NCBI RefSeq assembly: GCF_000008565.1
Contig: NC_001263.1
Location: 1,263,250 to 1,275,805, forward strand
DNA length: 12,556 nucleotides
Direction: 5' to 3'
Source: Deinococcus radiodurans R1 = ATCC 13939 = DSM 20539
GTDB lineage: Bacteria; Deinococcota; Deinococci; Deinococcales; Deinococcaceae
Position 1 is the stretch's first letter. Each line of letters begins with the position of its first letter. Below the pieces are notes generated by a model. It was not told the origin of the DNA and did not search any database. It saw nothing but the letters and a program-made list of their open reading frames with translations. Both the position numbers and the translations under genes were made by a program. Positions 1 to 8,788 of this stretch are shown here, in pieces.

Positions 1-3997
<3,997 letters not shown>

Positions 3998-4231
3998 GCG
4001 GGAAAGTCTGACTTTTACCAGGGAAGTGAGTCAGCAAAAGCCTCTGCGCCAGCCTTGATCAAAGTACCTCGCCGCCAGATAGAGAAACGCAGAACGCCAG
4101 GGCCGTCGGGCGCTGAAAGCGCACGGGCCTGACACGACTTGGAACATCTAGCCGTCCAGACCGCCTGTGCAACCGAGAAACCCGATAAAACCAGTGACAT
4201 CACCGCCATTTGCACAGCGCCAGCGTCAAAG

Positions 4232-4259
4232 CCCCTGTCCCCTGTGGGGATAGGGGTTT
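4232..4259 (+). terminator. Possible intrinsic terminator hairpin downstream of the SNF2 gene
   Basis: CCCCUGUCCCC (4232-4242), loop UGU, GGGGAUAGGGG (4246-4256): 11 bp including one G-U pair, followed by UUU and then a G-rich run. It sits about 235 nt after the stop codon. The U-tract is short, so support is weak. Confidence 0.3.
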
Positions 4260-4269
4260 GGGGTTGGGG
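4246..4269 (+). other. Canonical G-quadruplex-forming motif G4-N3-G4-N3-G4-N2-G4
   Basis: GGGG ATA GGGG TTT GGGG TT GGGG, with G-runs at 4246-4249, 4253-4256, 4260-4263 and 4266-4269. The first two runs are also the 3' arm of the 4232-4256 hairpin. Confidence 0.6.
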
Positions 4270-4284
4270 TCAAAAGCTAAGGCC

Positions 4285-4390
4285 TAAAGCATTTGACAGA
4301 AAAAGACACCCTCACCCCTTGCCTCGCAAGGCCCTCTCCCATTAAGGTAGAGGGTCAAAGACAGACCAGATCCTTCTGTCAAATGCTCTA
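4285..4390 (+). repeat. MITE-like small noncoding repeat, copy 1 (resembles the Deinococcus SNR-type elements)
   Basis: Terminal inverted repeat TAAAGCATTTGACAGAA (4285-4301) / TTCTGTCAAATGCTCTA (4374-4390), with a perfect 13 bp core. Internal hairpins are CCTTGC-CTC-GCAAGG and CCCTCT..AGAGGG. It is roughly 70-75% identical by eye to the reverse complement of 11771-11874. Confidence 0.75.
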
Positions 4391-4414
4391 AGCTTCTTCG
4401 CCCTTCCCACCACG

Positions 4415-5149
4415 CTAAATGCCCCCCGTCCCCCGCCCCGTCATCTCCCCACTCTCCAACAGGTGCGCCTCAAAGTCTCCGAACGGCGAGTGCGCCCGCG
4501 CCCAGGCGACGGCTCCAGCAATGTCGTAAGCCACGTTGTGAAACTCCACGTTCCAGCCCCCGCCCCGCCGTTCCAGCAATGTCCAGCGGGCACGCGGATC
4601 ACCATCCACCTGATCGCTGATGGCGCCGCAGTTGACGACCAGAGTGTCGCCCACGCGGGTGGCCCCGGCGCGGTGGGTATGACCGCACACGACGACCTCA
4701 GCGCCCAGCGGCTCGACCATGCGCCGCAGTTCGCGCGGGTCACGGCTGCGGTAAAAGCCGCCCGCAGCGTCCCAGACCCACAGCAGGCTGTCCCAGGCAC
4801 TTTCCGGGGTGCCGTGACAGGCGAACAGCCCCTCCACTCGGGCGGTCAGCGGCAGCGCGGCGAGGCGTTCGCGGTCAGCAGGGGAGACCTGTGCGGCGAG
4901 CCACGCGCCCACCTCCTGAGCCAGCGGGGTGCGGCGGCCATCCGGCCACAGTTTTTCCTCGTTGTTGCCCCGCACTTCCAGGGCGCCGAGGTCAGCTTGC
5001 AAGGCGGCGGCGCGGGCGGGGTCGGCGCAGCCTTCGATCTGGTCACCCAGATTGACAATCAGGTCCGGCGCGGCGGCGTGCACCTCGCGCAAGGTGGCCT
5101 CCAGCGCGTAGGCGTTGCCGTGACTGTCGGTGATGACTGCGACTCTCAT
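4415..5149 (-). CDS. Metallophosphoesterase family protein (calcineurin-like, YfcE/MJ0936-like)
   Basis: 244 aa ORF with the ordered metallophosphoesterase motifs DSHGN (MRVAVITDSHGN), GDQIEG, GNNE, HGTP and GHTH. ATG at 5149. No strong SD is seen. Confidence 0.85.
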   Translation of the reverse strand: MRVAVITDSHGNAYALEATLREVHAAAPDLIVNLGDQIEGCADPARAAALQADLGALEVRGNNEEKLWPDGRRTPLAQEVGAWLAAQVSPADRERLAALPLTARVEGLFACHGTPESAWDSLLWVWDAAGGFYRSRDPRELRRMVEPLGAEVVVCGHTHRAGATRVGDTLVVNCGAISDQVDGDPRARWTLLERRGGGWNVEFHNVAYDIAGAVAWARAHSPFGDFEAHLLESGEMTGRGTGGI

Positions 5150-5187
5150 GTCCGCAGGCTAGAGCATGGCCGCTGGCTATAAGCATC

Positions 5188-5221
5188 ACAAAAAAGCGGC
5201 GAAGGGAATTCCCCTCGCCGC
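5188..5221 (-). terminator. Rho-independent terminator ending the rsr-DUF2171 transcription unit
   Basis: Minus-strand RNA reads GCGGCGAGGGG-AAUU-CCCUUCGCCGC followed by UUUUUUGUG. It lies 18 nt after the DUF2171 stop codon. Confidence 0.85.
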
Positions 5222-5238
5222 TCCGATGTTGAAAAGCT

Positions 5239-5490
5239 TTACTTGATGTCGTTGCGCGAGACGTTGAGGTACACGGCCACATTGTCCATGCTCTCGACTT
5301 GCGAGAGGGCGACGTAGTGGTGCTGGCCGTCGGTGCTGTCGTCGCGGGTCAGCTTGAGCTGGTTGCCGTCGAAGTGGTCCACGGTGCCGACGTGCTCGCC
5401 ATCCTTGTCCTTCACTTGCAGGTGCTCGCCTTCCTGGGCCAGACGGTTCTTGAGGTCTTCGGCAATGCGTCCACTGATGTCGTTCGTCAT
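5239..5490 (-). CDS. Small DUF2171-like (PRC-barrel-like) protein, 83 aa
   Basis: The segment [43 protein letters not shown] matches my recollection of the DUF2171 signature (VGxVDHxxGxxIKLTxxDxxxGxHHxIP..V..VD..V.L). It is on the same strand as rsr, 90 nt downstream, with no terminator between them. Confidence 0.8.
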   Translation of the reverse strand: MTNDISGRIAEDLKNRLAQEGEHLQVKDKDGEHVGTVDHFDGNQLKLTRDDSTDGQHHYVALSQVESMDNVAVYLNVSRNDIK

Positions 5491-5579
5491 GGAAGTTACC
5501 CTAAGTCCCGTCAGCAGCCCCGGCGTGATAGCAACATCAAGGCGTCGTTAGAGATGGTGCGTGGCTCCCAGGGCAGGTC

Positions 5580-7175
5580 TCAAACCTCGCCCCGCGCAAA
5601 AGCCGTCATCACGTTCGGCGCCGCCGCGTCGAAGCCCACCACGTCGAGCATGTCCCGGCGCTGCGGGTCCGCGATGCTGAATTCGGTGGCGGTCAGGCCG
5701 ACGACGATCAGCTTGGGTGCCCGGCCCATCTTCTGCGCGTACTGGTCGAGGGCTACCGTCGGGTGAACCTGACCAGCCCACGTTTCGTTGTCGGTGTAGA
5801 CGACGAAGGTGTCCACGTCCAGCCGTTCCTGAGCCGCCCACAGTATCGGCTGGGCGCAGTCGGTGCCGCCGAAGCTCATGGACTGCGCCTTTTGCATGGC
5901 GCTTTCCAGCGTGTCGCGCGGCGTGATGCCGAGGGGCCGAAACTGCTCGGCAAAGCCCATCGTCAGCGCGTCGGGCTCAGTGCGCAGGGCAATCAGGCTC
6001 ATCGCGGCGGCGGCCATGTTGGGGGTCAGGCCAGGGACGCCCGCCACGTCACCACAGGTCATGCTGCCCGACACGTCGAGCGCCAGCAGGTGCCGGGTGT
6101 TCGCCGGCTGCACGTTGCCGAAAGCGAGGGTAAACGCCTCTTCCAGCGCGTCCACCACGCGCGGCACCGGCAGCCAGGTGCCCTTGCCGCGCACGCCCTG
6201 GCCCTGCGCGTAGACCAGGCGGGCCTTGAGCGCGTCGAGCGGGTGGATGCGGCCCCGCTTGAGCGCGGCGGGGTCGGTCAGACGCTCTATGACGGCCTGC
6301 ACGGTGGCGCTGTCGTTGGGCGTCAGCACCCCCACCCGGCCCAGGTTGCCGAGGTTGCGCAGCAGCCAGGTTAGGCCGTTGGTCTGCATGGCGGCGCGGT
6401 ACACCTCGGCCCCGCGAACGTGTGTCGGTACGGCTTCCAGCGGGAGGCGGTACTCCTGCATCAGCGCGGCGGCTGCGGCGTCGGTCTGCGCTTCCGTCGC
6501 CTTGAGGTGGCCTTCGATGACACGCAGGGCGGGGGAGTCCACTTTGGGCAGCACGCCGTCCACCATGAACTTCAGCACCGCGTTGCGGGCCGCGTCGTCG
6601 GTCTTGGGGTGGGCCTTACGCAGCGCGTCGGCCTGGGACCAGCCGTCGCGGGCCTTGTACTTCACGGCCCACAGCGCCAGCTTGTCCACGTCCGCCGTTT
6701 CGTACACGTTCGCCACGCCCCGGCGCGTCAGGCGGCCCCAGCCCCCGAGCGCGTCGGCAAAGGCCAGAAAGTGCAGCAGCATCGTGCCGGTGCGGGCGAC
6801 CTCAGGCAGCGCGTCCCAGGCGGCCTTGCGGTCCGCCGCGTTCGGCGCGGTCTTGGCAATCAGCGCCAGCACCAGCAGCGCGGGGTCGGCCTTCGGCGCC
6901 CGCTGGCCGCGCACCACGTCCAGCGTGACGCGCAGGGCGAGGGCCGCGTCACGCTGTACCAGCTCGCGCACGAAGTCGGTGGCCTGCACGGTGTGTTTCT
7001 GCGCGGAGGCGTAGAAGGTGCCGCCGTCCACGCCCAGCACCAGAAACCGGGTCAGGCGAGACTCGTCGCTGACGGTGTACACGAAGCCGCCCGCGTTGTT
7101 CCTGACCTGGCGCTCGTCGAGGCGCTCGGTCTGGGGGCGGTTCAGGGGGTTGATGGCACGGAGCAAGTTCTTCAT
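5580..7175 (-). CDS. rsr: Rsr, bacterial ortholog of the Ro60 (TROVE domain + vWA domain) RNA-binding ring protein, 531 aa
   Basis: The sequence MKNLLRAINPLNRPQTERLDERQVRNNAGGFVYTVSDESRLTRFLVLG is typical of a Ro60/TROVE N-terminus. The C-terminal vWA domain has the MIDAS motif DVSGSM. I chose the ATG at 7175 because AAGGAGGG (minus strand, 7182-7189) sits 6 nt upstream. The 38-codon extension to 7289 in the track has no RBS and overlaps structured leader RNA. Confidence 0.95.
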   Translation of the reverse strand: MKNLLRAINPLNRPQTERLDERQVRNNAGGFVYTVSDESRLTRFLVLGVDGGTFYASAQKHTVQATDFVRELVQRDAALALRVTLDVVRGQRAPKADPALLVLALIAKTAPNAADRKAAWDALPEVARTGTMLLHFLAFADALGGWGRLTRRGVANVYETADVDKLALWAVKYKARDGWSQADALRKAHPKTDDAARNAVLKFMVDGVLPKVDSPALRVIEGHLKATEAQTDAAAAALMQEYRLPLEAVPTHVRGAEVYRAAMQTNGLTWLLRNLGNLGRVGVLTPNDSATVQAVIERLTDPAALKRGRIHPLDALKARLVYAQGQGVRGKGTWLPVPRVVDALEEAFTLAFGNVQPANTRHLLALDVSGSMTCGDVAGVPGLTPNMAAAAMSLIALRTEPDALTMGFAEQFRPLGITPRDTLESAMQKAQSMSFGGTDCAQPILWAAQERLDVDTFVVYTDNETWAGQVHPTVALDQYAQKMGRAPKLIVVGLTATEFSIADPQRRDMLDVVGFDAAAPNVMTAFARGEV

Positions 7176-7333
7176 GGTCGGCCCTCCTTGTCGTGGGCGA
7201 TGTGATTCAATTCGAGCGGATGTGAGTAGGGGGAATGGGTTCCGGACGTAAAGTCGGCAAACCGGTGGTGTTCGGGTGGGCTGACGCAACAGACGGAACC
7301 CGTGGATGACGCTCGCGGCGTCTAGTGGGACGG

Positions 7334-7440
7334 GTGGGACTCAAACCCCACCCTCGGCATTCGGCTTACGGAGGTGAGGAGCGCAAGGGGCCGTTTGACG
7401 TACTCTGTACGCTGAGCTTTCGTTCCAGAACGTGCCGAGA
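7334..7440 (-). ncRNA. Decayed Y/tRNA-like module (module A) in the NADAR-rsr spacer
   Basis: The minus-strand RNA contains CCCCUUGCG..CGUAAGCCGAAUGCCGAGGGU. This parallels chimera C (GGGCCGAACGCCGAGGGU). It is followed by a T-arm-like hairpin GUGGG-GUUUGAGU-CCCAC (7351-7334), which is one nt longer than a canonical T-loop. A closing helix pairs CUCGGCA (7439-7433) with UGCCGAG (7359-7353). There is no intact basal Ro helix and no acceptor stem. Confidence 0.35.
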
Positions 7441-7459
7441 AAGTTGAGGAAATCAGGCG

Positions 7460-7939
7460 TTACTCGTCGCGCAACCGCTCGCGCACCTGCATCAGTGCCT
7501 GTCCCAGCAGGTTCTCGCCCCACTGGTCGCGGTGTTCCCAGGCGTCCTGTTCGCTGTAGCCGATGCCCCAGATGCGGTCATTGGGTGCGGCCTCGACTAG
7601 AATCAACTCTCCGGTGTCCAACAAAAACTCGCGGAGTCTGCGGCTGCTGCGAAACTTGTGCCACGCGGCGTCGAAGGCCACTTGCCCGCGCACCTGCGCC
7701 CAGTGGCTTTCGCTGAAGCCCTGCACCCGGCGTCCGAGCGCCTTGCATTCGGCGGGCGTGCGCGCCTGCAAAATGGCCTTGGCGCTGGCGTGGTCGCCGA
7801 ATTCCTCGGCCTTGCGGTGCATGATGTACTGCTCGGCGGTGTGAAATTGCCGCCCACTGGCGCTGAACGGCGACGGATGAAAATTGGAGAACGGATGCGC
7901 CGTGCGGTAGAAAAACAGGTATTCGGTTTTCTGTGTCAT
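7460..7939 (-). CDS. NADAR domain protein (YbiA/DUF1768 family), 159 aa
   Basis: Family hallmarks run along the whole length: FFYRTAHPFSNFHPSPF, FHTAEQYIMHRKA, TPAECKALGR, LLDTGELILVEAAPNDRIWGIG and GENLLGQALMQVRERL. The ATG at 7939 is preceded by GAGGAG 7 nt upstream. The 93-codon N-terminal extension of track ORF 7460..8218 runs through chimera B and is rejected. Confidence 0.85.
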   Translation of the reverse strand: MTQKTEYLFFYRTAHPFSNFHPSPFSASGRQFHTAEQYIMHRKAEEFGDHASAKAILQARTPAECKALGRRVQGFSESHWAQVRGQVAFDAAWHKFRSSRRLREFLLDTGELILVEAAPNDRIWGIGYSEQDAWEHRDQWGENLLGQALMQVRERLRDE

Positions 7940-7980
7940 GGCGCTGCGCTCCTCGAATCTGGATTTATGGGAAGCAAAAA

Positions 7981-8126
7981 GGGGTGGGGACAGGCGGGAT
8001 TCGAACCCGCGAAGTCTTGCGACGAATGGAAATAACCCTGACCTGTCGGCCCAATCTGGGCAAGGGGGCGGCAGGGAAACGCCCTGACGGGCACATTTGC
8101 GTTCGGCCAGCTCCGCCACTGTCCCC
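7981..8126 (-). ncRNA. Y/tRNA chimera B: a class II tRNA-Leu-like scaffold whose anticodon loop is replaced by a ~64 nt insert carrying a hairpin-capped Ro-binding-type helix
   Basis: Minus-strand RNA. Acceptor: GGGGACAG (8126-8119) pairs with CUGUCCCC (7993-7986). D-arm: UGGCGGAGCUGGCCGAACGC, close to the bacterial tRNA-Leu sequence UGGCGGAAUUGGUAGACGC. An AAUG/CAUU stem sits at the anticodon-stem position. Variable arm: GUC-GCAA-GAC. Canonical T-arm: GCGGG-UUCGAAU-CCCGC (8010-7994). Insert core, 8066-8031: CCCUU-GCCCA-GAU-UGGGC-CGACAGGUCAGGGUUAUUU. The 3' tail is ACCCCUUUUU, with no CCA. Confidence 0.6.
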
Positions 8127-8145
8127 ATGTTGTGTGTCGTCCTCA

Positions 8146-8275
8146 TCGCGGGGCGGGACTTGCACCCGCATCTTCCACGTGACAGGTAACCCTCGGCGTT
8201 CGGCCCGCAGCCGGGCAAGGGATTGCCCAGGGAAAGGCTTTCGCCTTGGATATTTTGCTCTTAAACTACCCGCGT
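8146..8275 (-). ncRNA. Y/tRNA chimera C: a tRNA-Gly-like 5' half and T-arm with a Ro-binding-type helix in the variable-arm position
   Basis: Acceptor: ACGCGGG (8275-8269) pairs with CCCGCGA (8152-8146), giving 6 bp plus an A-A mismatch. It has U8-A9 and a D-arm GUUU-AAGAGCA-AAAU containing A14. Stem-loop: AAGGC-GAAA-GCCUU. Core, 8221-8186: CCCUU-GCCCG-GCUG-CGGGC-CGAACGCCGAGGGUUAC. T-arm: GCGGG-UGCAAGU-CCCGC (8169-8153). No CCA. Confidence 0.55.
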
Positions 8276-8282
8276 GCAGGAC

Positions 8283-8367
8283 TGGTGGATGGGGTCAGAT
8301 TCGAACTGACTCAGCTTGAGCGTCCGGTTTACAGCCGGGTGCGACTCTCCCGCGTCGCCGCCCATCC
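8283..8367 (-). tRNA. Class II tRNA-Tyr(GUA)-like gene with encoded CCA and a non-canonical D region; either a functional tRNA or a tRNA mimic
   Basis: RNA sequence: GGAUGGG CG GCGAC-GCGGGAGA-GUCGC A CCCGG-CUGUAAA-CCGGA, then a long variable arm (CUCA-AGC-UGAG), then GUCAG-UUCGAAU-CUGAC CCCAUCC A CCA. The acceptor is a perfect 7 bp. The anticodon loop is CUGUAAA, with the anticodon at 8332-8330. Deviations from a canonical tRNA: C at position 8, no A14, a 5 bp D-stem, and a C-A mismatch at the base of the anticodon stem. Confidence 0.6.
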
Positions 8368-8404
8368 TCGTGTCCGGGTTTAGAGTCGCCGGACGCGACT
8401 GGGG

Positions 8405-8500
8405 TGGGGTGGGCGCCTGGAATCGAACCAAGTTTCGCCAAATAACCCTTACGCTTCGGCCCAGCTGGGCAAGGCATGGCAAGGGATCGAAAGCGCCCAC
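8405..8500 (-). ncRNA. Y/tRNA chimera D: acceptor stem, T-arm and CCA framing a hairpin-capped Ro-binding-type helix, with no D-arm
   Basis: Acceptor: GUGGGCG (8500-8494) pairs with CGCCCAC (8415-8409), followed by C and then CCA (8407-8405). T-arm: CUUGG-UUCGAUU-CCAGG. Stem UUGCCA/UGGCGA encloses the core at 8474-8441: CCUU-GCCC-AGCU-GGGC-CGAAGCGUAAGGGUUAUU. Confidence 0.6.
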
Positions 8501-8579
8501 CACGTGAAACTCCGAGCCAGCGTTGAACTGACACGGACACAGCTCTGTGCCGTGTTTCTCTGCGTCTTGGACCGGAGGG

Positions 8580-8654
8580 TGGAGCAGGTTCACCGGAATT
8601 GCACCGGGGTCTCCCGACGGTTGCCGGGCATCTTGCTGACTAGAAGAAACCTGC
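8580..8654 (-). ncRNA. Degenerate 75-nt tRNA-like module (tL2) with encoded CCA
   Basis: Acceptor: GCAGGUU (8654-8648) pairs with AACCUGC (8590-8584), then U and CCA (8582-8580). D-like arm: UCUU-CUAGUCAGC-AAGA, with no GG. The anticodon-position hairpin is CCCG-GCAACCGU-CGGG, with an 8-nt loop. T-like arm: CCGG-UGCAAUU-CCGG. It is not a plausible decoding tRNA. Confidence 0.45.
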
Positions 8655-8659
8655 ATAGT

Positions 8660-8782
8660 GCTCTGGACAAGGGTTCGGGTCACGGACGGGCCACTTCATG
8701 CCGGGAATCGAACCCGGAACGGCTTGCACCGCTTCCGCCCATTGAGGTTGGAGAAGTAACCGTGACCACTTCGGCCCAGAGC
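8660..8782 (-). ncRNA. Y RNA (YB) with an ends-paired Ro-binding helix and an internal tRNA-like cloverleaf; a candidate for the tRNA-like Y RNA class (Yrn1/YrlA-type)
   Basis: Basal helix: GCUCUGGGC (8782-8774), bulged C8773, then GAAG, paired to CCCUU-GUCCAGAGC (8668-8660). That gives 9 bp with one G-U. Second helix: GGUCACGG (8767-8760) pairs with CCGUGACC (8685-8678). Inner 7 bp helix: UUACUUC/GAAGUGG. D-like loop: AAUGGG. Short hairpin: GCGG-UGCAAG-CCGU. Canonical T-arm: CCGGG-UUCGAUU-CCCGG (8717-8701). Confidence 0.8.
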
Positions 8783-8788
8783 CAAATC

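Noticed and set aside
4008-4037. Inverted repeat CTGACT..AGTCAG immediately after the SNF2 stop, considered as a terminator
   Set aside because: It is a 6 bp stem with a 15-nt loop and no U-tract, which is too weak to call.
4139-4345. 68-aa ORF, plus 4015..4215 (-), in the SNF2/metallophosphoesterase intergenic region
   Set aside because: They run through the G4/hairpin and into the MITE-like repeat. They have no RBS, and the region is visibly less GC-rich than the flanking genes, consistent with noncoding DNA.
5763-7205. Plus-strand ORFs opposite rsr (5763..6374, 5863..6213, 6226..7014, 6420..7205)
   Set aside because: They are antisense to a confidently identified TROVE/vWA protein, and their translations are low-complexity Arg/Ala/Gly-rich sequences.
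7176-7289. Longer rsr start at 7289 (the 569-aa version in the track)
   Set aside because: The added 38 residues (MRQPTRTPPVCRLYVRNPF...) have no Ro60 similarity and no RBS. The ATG at 7175 has an AAGGAGGG Shine-Dalgarno sequence and yields a typical Ro N-terminus.
7981-8126. Possibility that chimera B is a tmRNA or a tRNA-Leu gene carrying a group I intron
   Set aside because: There is no tmRNA tag reading frame or pseudoknot series, and the 3' end lacks the tmRNA-type acceptor/CCA. The ~64 nt insert is far too small for a group I intron. It instead carries the Ro-helix sequences shared with YA/YB.
7940-8218. N-terminal extension of the NADAR ORF (the 252-aa version)
   Set aside because: The extension is translated straight through chimera B, across its T-arm, D-arm and acceptor. 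The NADAR domain begins exactly at the internal ATG 7939, which has a GAGGAG RBS.
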